Source of the DNA: Thermoanaerobaculia bacterium
GTDB taxonomy: Bacteria; Acidobacteriota; Thermoanaerobaculia; UBA5066
DNA: 64,000 nt
Assembly: GCA_963816185.1 (NCBI GenBank)
Contig: CAWFJJ010000001.1
Coordinates: 576,001-640,000, forward strand
Direction of reading: 5' to 3'
This document shows, piece after piece, positions 1 to 8,895 of the stretch (position 1 is the stretch's first letter; each line of letters opens with the position of its first letter). The translations under genes and the position numbers were made by a program. The notes under the pieces were generated by a model. That model did no database searches. It worked only from the letters and a program-made list of their open reading frames with translations, and was not told the DNA's origin.

Positions 1-2
1 CG

Positions 3-860
3 CCTTCCCCGACGGCCGGTCTTCCTTCCGGCGACTTCGGGCGGCTTGCGCTCGGATTCCTCGCCGTGAGCACGTTGAGCGGGCTCGCGCTCGTCCCTTT
101 CTTCTCGCCCGCGCACGCGCTCGAGAGCCTCGAGCGCCTTCACGGCGGCATCCCGTGGGGCTTCTTCCTGAGGGCGCTTCACGCCTTCTCCAGCTTCGGC
201 CTTCTCGTGACGGCGGTTTTCCATCTCGTCCAAGTCCTCGCGCGGCGGACAGAGCGCCAGCTCGCGGCCGGCGCGTGGTGGCGTTCCGTCCTCCTCCTTC
301 CCCTGACGCTCCTCGCCCTCCTGAGCGGGTTCGTCCTGCGAGGCGACGCGGCGGCCGCCGAGGCCCTTCCCCTCTGGAGCCGCATCGTCGAGACTGTGCC
401 TTTCCTCGGGCCAGAGCTGTCCCGCCTGGTCCTCGGGGTGATCCCGGGCGATCTGGGGGCGATCTCCCTCCATCACGCCGGGACCTTCACGCTCCTTCTC
501 TGGCTCATCACGGCAGAGCACGGCCGGCGCCTTGTCCCGGACGCGCGCTCGCTGGTCCTCGCCGGGCTCGTGTCGGCAGCGCTGGCGGGGGCGGTTCCGT
601 TGCCGCTCGGGCACCCTCCGGGGGCTCCCGGCGGGGCCGGGCAGATCCTCCTCGGCCCCTGGTATCTCCTCGGGCTGCAGGGCGCTCTCGTCGACCTGCC
701 GGCGAGCGTGGCCTGGCTGGCTCCGCTTCTCCTCGTCGTCCTCCTGGGTCTCGTCCGCCACGTGGACCGCGCGCGCAGACATGTCGTGATGCTCCTCGCG
801 GCGTGGGTTGCCGCCTATGCGGCTTTCACGGTGCGGATCCTGCTGCTCGCGAGGAACTGA
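3..860 (+). CDS. Cytochrome b/b6-like membrane protein (5'-partial)
   Basis: Frame is open to the window start. WGFFLRALHAFSS...VFH and LHH...AEH give paired heme-b His helices. GPWY resembles the PEWY motif. Confidence 0.75.
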   Translation, partial: PSPTAGLPSGDFGRLALGFLAVSTLSGLALVPFFSPAHALESLERLHGGIPWGFFLRALHAFSSFGLLVTAVFHLVQVLARRTERQLAAGAWWRSVLLLPLTLLALLSGFVLRGDAAAAEALPLWSRIVETVPFLGPELSRLVLGVIPGDLGAISLHHAGTFTLLLWLITAEHGRRLVPDARSLVLAGLVSAALAGAVPLPLGHPPGAPGGAGQILLGPWYLLGLQGALVDLPASVAWLAPLLLVVLLGLVRHVDRARRHVVMLLAAWVAAYAAFTVRILLLARN

Positions 861-891
861 ACGGTACACTTCTTGCTGTTCGGAGGGCCGA

Positions 892-2649
892 GTGTTCCGA
901 ACGTTCGCTCTCGTCTCTGCGGCGCTCGCCGCTCTTCTCGGCTTACTCGTGGCCTCGGGCCGCGAAGCGGGACGGGCGAAGGGGATCGGAAAAGGCCCGG
1001 ACCGCGCCGGAAATCGAATCGAACGGTGCGTGACCTGCCACGTGAAACCCGACGAGGATCCAGGCGGCGCGCACTCGAGGGCCGCGCTCGGCTGCGCGTC
1101 CTGCCATCTCGGGAATCCGCTGGCGTTCGAGAAAGAGAGAGCGCACGAGGGGCTGGAGCGCGAGCCGGGCGCGCTCTCCACCGTGGCCATGACGTGCGGC
1201 CGGGAGGATTGTCATGCGAGAGAGTCCGCGCGTGTCGCCACGTCGCCGATGACCCGCGCGAGTGGAATCGTGTCGGTCGACCGCTTCGCGTTCAGCGAAA
1301 TCCCGTCTCCGGATTGGTCCGAGACCGTCGCCGACGTCCTCACGGCCGTGCGCCCGACGCCGGCCGAGCTCCACCTCAGAAAGCTCTGCGCCGGCTGTCA
1401 CCTCGGAACGCGCCGCGCGAATCGCGACGATGCGATTCGCGGGAACGGCTCGGGCTGCGCGGCGTGCCATGTCGCCCGCCGGGAGAACGACTTGCCGCGC
1501 GCGCACCCGCCCATCGACGCGCGCGTCTCGAACGACCGCTGCTTCGGCTGCCACAGCCGGAGCGGCCGCATCAGCCTGACGTACGAAGGTCTCGCCGAGA
1601 TCGAGCCGGCTCAGGCCAAAGGAGCCGATGCCGCGTGCGCGGAGCCCGTTGCGCTTCCCGACGGCCGCCCCGTGTGCCGCGTGGCGCCCGACGTCCATCA
1701 GGCCGCCGGGATGTCCTGCATCGACTGCCACCTGCACACGGAGCTCATGGGCGACGGGACGGCTCGGACACACCAGGAAGAACAGACCGAGATCACGTGC
1801 GAGGCTTGCCACGGCCCGGTGCGCGAGGGCGGCGAGGTCCCGTGGCGCGAGGTCAGGGACCAGATCAGCATCGAGATTCGGGAGAGAGAAGAACGAAGAA
1901 AAGAGGAAGATTTTCTTAGAGGGGTTAAGAGGGGAGATGGCCGCGCGCCCGACGCGGGGGCCCGAGTCGAATGGGCTGAGGCGTCCCACCAGGCCCTTTC
2001 TGAGAAATCTGCCTTCGCGACCTCTCCCGAAGCACCGACTCGCCTCGGTCGCCGCGGCACTCCCATTCTCAACCTTCTAAGAAATTCTTCTTCTTCCTCT
2101 TTCTCTTCGTCTTCTTCTTCCTCTCCCGCCTGGATCCTCATCCGCAAGCTCGACGGCGTCGCTTTGCCCGTGAAGCAGACACCGCATGATGCGAACCACA
2201 CGCGCAAGGGGCACGAGCGCCTCTCGTGCAGTGCCTGTCACACGGCATCCGCGCCGAGGTGCGACACGTGCCACACGACCTTCGATGCCTCGCGCACGCA
2301 GTGGGATTTCGCCGCGGGGAAGACGACGGCCGGCGCGTGGGTGGAGCGCTCGGAGGGCTTCTCGTGGGGCCCGCCTCTTCTCGGCGTGCGGTCGGACGGG
2401 AAGATCGTCCCCGCGGCCCCGGGAATGATCCTCGACATAGACGCGACGGCGGCGGGCGGCGGGAAGACCTCGCGCCGGCTCCTCGCGCCTATGGAGCCAC
2501 ATGCGACGGGGAAGAAAGCCCGCGCGTGTGAGAGCTGCCACCGCGCCCCGGCCGCGCCGGAGTTCGAGGCGGGCACGCGAACAGGGTTCCGTGACCTGAA
2601 CGCGGCCGAGAAGAAGCGTGTCGCGGCCGCCCGGCTGGAGCCCCGATAG
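892..2649 (+). CDS. Periplasmic/membrane-anchored multiheme cytochrome c (10 CxxCH + 1 CX4CH)
   Basis: GTG at 892 after GGAGG, then a hydrophobic N-terminus. Motifs CVTCH, CASCH, CAGCH, CAACH, CFGCH, CIDCH, CEACH, CSACH, CDTCH, CESCH, plus CGREDCH. Confidence 0.85.
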   Translation: MFRTFALVSAALAALLGLLVASGREAGRAKGIGKGPDRAGNRIERCVTCHVKPDEDPGGAHSRAALGCASCHLGNPLAFEKERAHEGLEREPGALSTVAMTCGREDCHARESARVATSPMTRASGIVSVDRFAFSEIPSPDWSETVADVLTAVRPTPAELHLRKLCAGCHLGTRRANRDDAIRGNGSGCAACHVARRENDLPRAHPPIDARVSNDRCFGCHSRSGRISLTYEGLAEIEPAQAKGADAACAEPVALPDGRPVCRVAPDVHQAAGMSCIDCHLHTELMGDGTARTHQEEQTEITCEACHGPVREGGEVPWREVRDQISIEIREREERRKEEDFLRGVKRGDGRAPDAGARVEWAEASHQALSEKSAFATSPEAPTRLGRRGTPILNLLRNSSSSSFSSSSSSSPAWILIRKLDGVALPVKQTPHDANHTRKGHERLSCSACHTASAPRCDTCHTTFDASRTQWDFAAGKTTAGAWVERSEGFSWGPPLLGVRSDGKIVPAAPGMILDIDATAAGGGKTSRRLLAPMEPHATGKKARACESCHRAPAAPEFEAGTRTGFRDLNAAEKKRVAAARLEPR

Positions 2650-2694
2650 GGCTGAGTTTTCCGGCGGGCGCGAGAGCCGGTTACGATCGGACGC

Positions 2695-4078
2695 GTGAAA
2701 GAGGACGACAAGACCGTTCCCGTTCCGAGCTGGTCGAACCTCGAGGCGGTCTTCGAATCGCTGGGTCGTGTCCTCATCTCGCTCGACGCGCAATTCGTGA
2801 TCATCCGCGCGAGCCACATGCTCGACGCTCTCGCGGGCGAAGGATCGGCCGCGAGAGTGATCGGCAAGCCGATCGAGTCGTTGATCGGCGCGCGCCTGTT
2901 TGGCCCGGAGGACTCGCTTCGCGAGGCGCTCCGGCAAGGGCGCCGCGAGGAGGGCCGGCGGGGTGTCCTGCGGTGCGGCGAGGATGCCGCCCGGCTCGTC
3001 TCGGTCACGACGGCCCCGGTCGCCGAGAACGTGATGAGCGCGTGCGATCCGCGGGCGCGGTATCTGGTCGTCCTCCGGCCCGCCGAGGACGACGACTCGA
3101 TTCTGCAGAGCGCGATCGCGTCGCACGGCCTCGTCGCGCGGTCGCTTCCGATGATGCGGATCGTCCATCTCGTCGAGTCGCTCCACCGGAGCGACGCCAC
3201 GGTCCTGATCACCGGGGAGAGCGGGACCGGGAAGGAAGTCATCGCGCGAGCCCTCCACGCCCAGTCGACGCACGGTGCCGGGCCGTTCGTCGCCGTGAAC
3301 TGCGCGGCCCTGCCGGGCGAGCTCCTGGAAAGCGAGCTCTTCGGGCACGTCCGCGGCGCGTTCACGGGCGCGGTGCGGGACCGCGTCGGGCGCCTCGAGA
3401 TGGCCCACGGCGGCACGCTCTTCCTCGACGAGGTCGGCGGAGATCCCGCCGGGCATCCAGGTCAAGCTCCTGCGCGTCCTGCAGGAGCGCGTGTTCGAGC
3501 GGGTCGGCGAGAGCAGTCCGAGGCGCCTCGACGCGCGGATCATCGCCGCGACGAACGCCGACCTCCACGACGCGATCCTCCAGGGAGAGCTTCCGGGAGG
3601 ACTTCTATTACCGCCTCCGCGTCGTGCCGATCCACATCCCGCCGCTGCGCGAGCGTCCGGTCGACGTCGAGCTGATCGCCCGGCACCTCCTCGCCCGCAT
3701 CGGCGGCCGCGAGAGGCCGCGTCGCTCCGGCTCTCCCCGGACACGCTCGCCGCTGCTCGAGGCTACCCGTGGCCCGGCAACGTGCGCGAGCTGGAGAACG
3801 CGCTCGAGTACGCCGTCGCCCTGTGCCGGAGCCAGACGATCCATGTGGAAGACCTTCCGGCCGAGATCCGGACGGCCCGGCCGCGGCAGGCGCAAGCCGT
3901 TCCGGCCCCGGATCCGGCGGGCTTGCCGCTTCCGGCCGGAGGGGAGGTCCAGAGGATCCGGGCGGCGCTCGAGCGGAACATGTGGAATCGCTCGAAATCC
4001 GCCCGGGAGCTCGGCATGAGCCGCAGCACCCTGTGGCACAAGATGAGGGAGCTGCGGATCGGGCCTGCCGCCGGCTGA
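2695..4078 (+). CDS. Sigma54-dependent transcriptional activator (PAS-like/AAA+/Fis-HTH), frameshifted in this assembly
   Basis: [49 protein letters not shown] and [12 protein letters not shown] are spread over three frames, with shifts near 3440, 3590 and 3720-3760. Confidence 0.85.
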
Positions 4079-4085
4079 CCCGGTC

Positions 4086-4469
4086 CTAGTGCACGGCCGA
4101 GCCGTGCTCGTGGGCGTGGTCGGTGCAGGCGTCTGCGGGCGCGACCTCGCGCTCTTCGCCTCGCGCGATCTCGTCGAGGCAGCCACGGACCGTGGGCGCG
4201 CCCGCCCGAAGGACCGCGATCCCGGCGGCGTGCAACCGCTCGAGCGCTCCCGGGCCGATCCCGCCGACGACGACGGCGTCGATCTGCTCGCCGGCGAGCC
4301 CGTCCAACGGCCGGCAGGCGCCGTGCTCGTGCGCGACACGGCCGTTCGGAAGAGCTCGCGTCTCGCGCGACGCGCTGTCGACGAGGAGGAAGAGGGGAGC
4401 GGAGCCGAAGTGGCGGGAGACGGGGCTCTCGAGGCCGAGGTCCCGGGTCGTGGGGAAGCAGATCTTCAT
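4086..4469 (-). CDS. NifB/NifX family (dinitrogenase Fe-Mo cofactor-binding domain) protein
   Basis: VSRHFGSAPLF, HGAC, VVVGGIGPGA signature and a His-rich C-terminus. Confidence 0.85.
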   Translation of the reverse strand: MKICFPTTRDLGLESPVSRHFGSAPLFLLVDSASRETRALPNGRVAHEHGACRPLDGLAGEQIDAVVVGGIGPGALERLHAAGIAVLRAGAPTVRGCLDEIARGEEREVAPADACTDHAHEHGSAVH

Positions 4470-4490
4470 GAGACCTTCCTTCCGGCGGCG

Positions 4491-5693
4491 TCAGCAGCCG
4501 CCCTGGATCTTCTTTTCACTTTCGGTTTCTTCGCGCCTGCGTGCCGGGCGGCGTCGGTGAGGCGGGCGATCTCCGCGCGCGCGTCCTCCCGAAACCGGTG
4601 GACGTCGGCATCCCAACGCCCGCCCGCCGGCACGAACGGCACCGGTGTCAGGATCGTCCTCTCGAAGCTCGGAAAGCCGCCCTCGAGGACCGCGACGTTC
4701 TCGTAGCCCAGCTCCTGGATCAGGAGGCACGCGGTCCGCGCCTGCGCTTCGGTCTCTCCGACGACGACCTTGCGGACGTGGCGCGGGGAAAGAGCGGCGC
4801 TCCATTCCTTGTTGAAGAGATCGCGCGGCACCGACGTTCACGGAGCCGGGCAGGGATCGGGCTGTCCAGGCCTGCGGGCTCCTCACGTCCACGATCCTTA
4901 CGTTCGGCTCGTGGTCGACGATTCGGAAGGCGAGCTCGTCGGCCGTCATCACCGGGACCGGGTGCGCCCCGGCGTACGCGCCGTCCGAAACGCGCGCGAG
5001 AAGCCTGCTCTTGTAGTCCGGCAGGACGAGGAGGACGCCGCCGAGGACGAGGAGAGCGGCGCCCGCCAGGACGTGGGGGCGCCGCGCGAACCGGAGGGAA
5101 GGAGCGGACACCGGAGCCACGCGCTTCTCGATCCACGTCGTCGCGGCGAAGGCCGTGACGGCCGCGGCGATGAGGAGGAAGGCGAACGCTCCCTGCGGAG
5201 ATGCCGAGCGAAGTCGAACACCTTCACGGGACCGAGCGAAGCTCGAGTCGTCGAAAGTGCTTGACGAGCGGGATAGCCCTCGCCGAACCCGAAGACGCCG
5301 AGGAGGCCGCCGCCCACGAAGAACATCGCGTCGACTTTCCCGATCGCCGCCGCGCAGACGCTCGTTCCGGGGCAGTAGCCGCCGAGGACGAAGCCGACCC
5401 CCATGATGACCCCGCCGACGATGGCCGGGCCAGAGCCAGGTGGGGTTGACGAAGATGGCGTCGGTGTCGAGAAGACCCGCGTACCCGAGGAGCAGGACGC
5501 CGATCATCGCCGTGACGGCGGCGGTGAAGAAGACGCGCAGGACCGTGAAGTCGTAGCCGTAGAAGACGCCGGCAAGCCGGCGCGACGAGGAGAACCCGGC
5601 CTGCTCGAGGACGAAGCCGAAGGCGATGCCGAGGACGAGCGCGACGACGAGGTTCAGCTGGTCGGAGATCAGGTCAGGCACGAAGGGTCCCAT
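4491..5693 (-). CDS. YeeE/YedE sulfur transporter fused to rhodanese-like domain with C-terminal GGC tail (frameshifted)
   Basis: FGFVLEQAGF, GFVLGGYCPGT, IVDVRS...LPGSVN, LGYENVAVLEGGF and the end KKIQGGC, assembled across several frames. Confidence 0.8.
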   Translation of the reverse strand: MGPFVPDLISDQLNLVVALVLGIAFGFVLEQAGFSSSRRLAGVFYGYDFTVLRVFFTAAVTAMIGVLLLGYAGLLDTDAIFVNPTWLWPGHRRRGHHGGRLRPRRLLPRNERLRGGDRESRRDVLRGRRPPRRLRVRRGLSRSSSTFDDSSFARSREGVRLRSASPQGAFAFLLIAAAVTAFAATTWIEKRVAPVSAPSLRFARRPHVLAGAALLVLGGVLLVLPDYKSRLLARVSDGAYAGAHPVPVMTADELAFRIVDHEPNVRIVDVRSPQAWTARSLPGSVNVGAARSLQQGMERRSFPAPRPQGRRRRDRSAGADRVPPDPGAGLRERRGPRGRLSELREDDPDTGAVRAGGRALGCRRPPVSGGRARGDRPPHRRRPARRREETESEKKIQGGC

Positions 5694-5696
5694 GTG

Positions 5697-6235
5697 TCAC
5701 CTCCCCGTCTTTCCGCCGAGCCAGAGCCTCCGCGCGAACCAGGCGAACAGCGTAGCCGGTGCCGAAGATCGCGAGCATCGTGACGAACCCGGCGGTCGAG
5801 AGGACCGCCATGCCGCTGAGGGCCGCGCCGCTCGTGCAGCCGCGCGCGAACTGGGCGCCGATGCCGAAGAGCGCGCCGCCGAGCGACGGCGAAGACCAGC
5901 GCAGCGCGCGGCGCGACGCGCGGGTCCCGCTTCGGTCACGATCTTCAAGCCGGTCCGAGACGAGGCCCGGAGATGAACGCGCCGATGAGGACGCCCGCGA
6001 CTTCGAAGACGAGCCAGGACTTGAGCGGGCTGTCCTTGCCCGGGCCCGACGTAAGTGCCGTAGAAGGCGGGCCCGGCCGCGTGCGCGGGCGCGACGCCGT
6101 CGACGGCCGCGACGACGACGCTCTTGATCGCGCCGCTCGCGCCGAGGCCGCGGCCCGGTGATGAAGATCGTCGCCGAGAAGGACCAGGCCGAGGAAGAAG
6201 CCGGCGAGATAGGGGTTCATGTACTTCGTGTTCAT
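5697..6235 (-). CDS. YeeE/YedE family sulfur transporter (frameshifted)
   Basis: MNPYLAGFFLGLVLL, GLGASG, WLVFEVAG and ARGCTSG. Paralogous to 12665-13198. Confidence 0.8.
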
Positions 6236-6247
6236 GTCGTGCCTCTC

Positions 6248-6913
6248 TCACGTGCGACGGCCGGCGCATTCCGCGCCGTCGGCGGCCGTCGCGTCGACGG
6301 CGGTCCGTCTCGAGCTCTTCGTAGCCGGTGATCATCGCCTTGAGGTTCGACGTCACCGTGCTGCCGGTCGTGATCGAGGTAGAGGTGCGCGACGAGGAAC
6401 GACGACGAGCAGGAAGGCCCCGGCCGTGTGGACGAGCGCGATCGGCTCGAGGCCGTCGACGTTCAGGCCGAGGACCTCGTGCCGCTGCGGGTACCGGTAG
6501 AACATGTAGAGGAGCCCCGAGACGACCATACGCGGGATCACGAGCACCTTCAGCCCCGCGTAGACGAGCTTCTGCAGCGGGTTCAGCTTGCTGAGGACCG
6601 TCTTCCGGGTCGGGTGCGGCGCGTTCCGGAAGATGCCGAAGAGGTAGTACTCCGCCTGCGCCCGCAGGTTCGTCCAGGTCGGCACGTACTGCCGCCACTC
6701 GCCCGTCGTGAAGTGCCAGAAGATCGCGAAGACGATCAGGACGAGGAAGCGCGATCGCGGCGAAGCTGTGGTACCGCACCGCCTGCTCGAAGCCGAAGAA
6801 GCGGAGCGAGCCGTGGATCTCGAAGCCGGTCACGCGCGAGGAAGAGGATCAGCGCGGCCTGCGTCCAGTGCCAGAACCGCTCGAAGCCGCGATAGACGTA
6901 CTTCGCGTTTCAT
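6248..6913 (-). CDS. Cytochrome b/b6-domain membrane anchor (PhsC/YdhU-like), frameshifted
   Basis: FERFWHWTQA, TGFEIHG, FWHFTTGEWRQY, NPLQKLVY and LKAMITG. ATGA overlap with the upstream octaheme gene. The stop position is approximate. Confidence 0.75.
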
Positions 6914-8498
6914 CTCAGCTGTTCCTCCTTTCCGTTGCCGCCGGCCGACGACCACGCGCGCGCCGCCGTGGACGACGACCCCGGCGAGCGTCGAGCGACG
7001 AGCAGGCCGCAGCCGAGGCCGTCCACCCAGGGATTGCGGTCGCGCCCCGGCATGTAGAAGCCCGGCAGCGATTCGCGAGGCGGCCGTTCGTCGCGCGTGT
7101 GGCACTCGGTGCACGCCACGGCCTTGCTCCTTCGGCGACACCATGTGGTTGATCGGCCAGTTCATCTCGGTCTCGCACGAAGCCGTAGTGCCGCTGTAGG
7201 AAGGTCGACCTCCTTCATCCCCTCCTCGGCGGCCCGCTTCCAGTCGAAGTCGCTCCAGAAGCCGCCGTCGCCCGGCTTGCGCGAGAAGAGCTTCGGCTGG
7301 ATCAGGTCCGGTTCACCGTGTCGTAGATCTGCTTCGCCCGGTGGATCTTCACCGGAATGATCTTCGCGTCGGGGTCGTCGTAGCTGCCGAAGAGCTCGTT
7401 CATCTTCACCGGGCGTGCGACGGGTCGAGCGTGTCGCCGAGCAGGTAGTGGGAGGCCGTCCCGTTGAACCAGACGTAGTCGGGCTTCGAGGTTCTTCCCC
7501 CAGACGAACGAGCCCTTGATCGACATGTAGATGTCGGTCCCGCGGCGTCCTTCTCCTCGTAGGGCTTGCCGTCCCTCAGCCTCCCGGCGGTCGACCAGTC
7601 CCAGCGCAGCTTCGTCGGGTTGACCTTCGCGTAGATGGGGATGTGGCAGGTCTGGCAGGCGACCTTGAGCGTGTGCTCGTTCAGGATGTCGTCGGCGTGC
7701 GGCATCGCCGTGTGGCAGTGTCTCGCAGTCCACGCGGTTCCGGTTCATCGAGGAGACCGAGTAGAGCTTGCCGAGCATCTGGTGCTTCTCGGCCGTGTGG
7801 CAGTCGACGCACGGCATGTCGCGCCGTCGGAGCGCCATGTGGACGTCGACGTCGCGCGAGGGGTCGAACAGCGCCTTCTCCAGATCGCCGTGCTTCACGT
7901 TGTTCCCGCCGCCGCCGAAGAAGTGGCAGGTGCCGCAGTTCGTGCGCTGCGGCTTGCCCGACGTGCTGCGCGACGCTCGCCAGATCGACGGACGGGTCGG
8001 GCATGCCCGCGCCGCCGGCCGCTTTGACGTAGGTGCCGCTGTTGTCGTGGCAGGCGAGGCAGTCGACGTTGCAGCGGGTCCTTGAAGTCGAACGAGGCGT
8101 CGCCCAGCCGTAGCCGATGTGGCACTTGTCGCAGCTCTGCTGGTTGCCCGAGATGCCGATGCAGAAGTTGTTCAGGACGTTCCTCTTGCCGACGGGGCGG
8201 ATCCCCTTGCCCTCGATGTATTCGGTCCGCTCCCAGTTCCAGTGCGACGAGTGCATCACCTCGGTGTGCGCGCCCGTTGTGGCAGGAGATGCAGGCGGCG
8301 GTGACGTCCTGGGGCCGCGTGGAACTTGGCCTTGAGCTGGGGGAAGAGCGCGTGGTCGACGGAGGGCTTCGACGGTCTCGACGTGCGCGCCTTGAGCGCC
8401 TCGAGAGGCGTCGGTTCGGAGCTGCTCCGCCGGAGCGCGGTGAGCGCTAGCCCCGAGATGGCGAAGAGAGCGAGCAGCGCGAGGAGGATCCGCCTCAC
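6910..8498 (-). CDS. otr: Octaheme tetrathionate reductase family cytochrome c (frameshifted)
   Basis: Eight CxxCH can be reconstructed across frames (CISCH, CDKCH, CLACH, CGTCH, CVDCH, CETCH, CQTCH, CTECH). Family motifs NNFCI, CHFFGGGGNNVKHGDL, WDWSTAG and WPINHMVSP are present, with a C-terminal TM helix. Confidence 0.85.
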
Positions 8499-8589
8499 GG
8501 CTCCGTCCGCCGCGTCGCGATCGGCTGTGCCGTGCCGTACATGACCTGACCTCGTTTCTGCGGCCGCCGGATGGCCACGCGCCCTCCAT

Positions 8590-8606
8590 CTCAAGAACGA
8601 CGCCAA
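8590..8606 (-). promoter_or_regulatory. Putative sigma54 -24/-12 promoter for otr operon
   Basis: Minus-strand TTGGCGTCGTTCTTGAG has correct GG-N10-GA spacing (non-canonical -12 TTGA). Confidence 0.55.
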
Positions 8607-8664
8607 CCCCGAAGCCGGGAAAAGCCTCGAAAAACGGGGTCTTCCCCCCGTTCGGACGCACGGA

Positions 8665-8798
8665 TGTCGCGACACGGTGTCCAGACACGGTGTCCGGCTT
8701 TACCCGGGCGCGGGTCCGCGATCGGCCGCTCGGCTCGACCTTCGCCAGGTCGCGCTCTCGCGACACGATGTTTCACGGTCGAGCAGCGACCTGAAACA
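8665..8798. promoter_or_regulatory. Candidate upstream activator sequences (TGT...ACA palindromes)
   Basis: TGTCGCGACA, two GACACGGTGTCC copies 13 bp apart, and inverted repeat TGTTTCA...TGAAACA (8769-8798), all between the divergent promoters. Confidence 0.45.
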
Positions 8799-8856
8799 TT
8801 CCATTCCGCGAAGAGACATTCTGTTTCAGAAGACCGCGATTTCAGCGGTCCGGCGC

Positions 8857-8873
8857 CTGGCTCGGTTCTTGAA
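8857..8873 (+). promoter_or_regulatory. Putative sigma54 -24/-12 promoter for psr operon
   Basis: CTGGCTCGGTTCTTGAA shares the TTCTTGA -12 variant with the divergent site. Confidence 0.55.
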
Positions 8874-8895
8874 GTGGCGCTCCCGAGGCAAAGAG

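Noticed and set aside
4469-4493. GGC-UGA of the YeeE fusion is in frame with the NifX-like gene, suggesting Sec readthrough
   Set aside because: No GGC-loop hairpin follows, the paralog ends GGC-UAG, and the NifX-like gene has its own RBS.
3430-8340. Dense frameshifts in the activator, YeeE, cytochrome b and otr genes read as pseudogenisation or programmed frameshifting
   Set aside because: Motifs are intact across frames and some shifts sit in homopolymers, which fits long-read error better. Read polishing would decide.
8495-8542. 15-codon ORF MYGTAQPIATRRTEP with RBS overlapping the otr GTG
   Set aside because: Cannot be told apart from the true otr N-terminus detached by a sequencing indel.
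8677-8895. Extended N-terminus of PsrA in the ORF track
   Set aside because: The Tat motif places the start at ATG 8896, and the upstream region is the divergent promoter.
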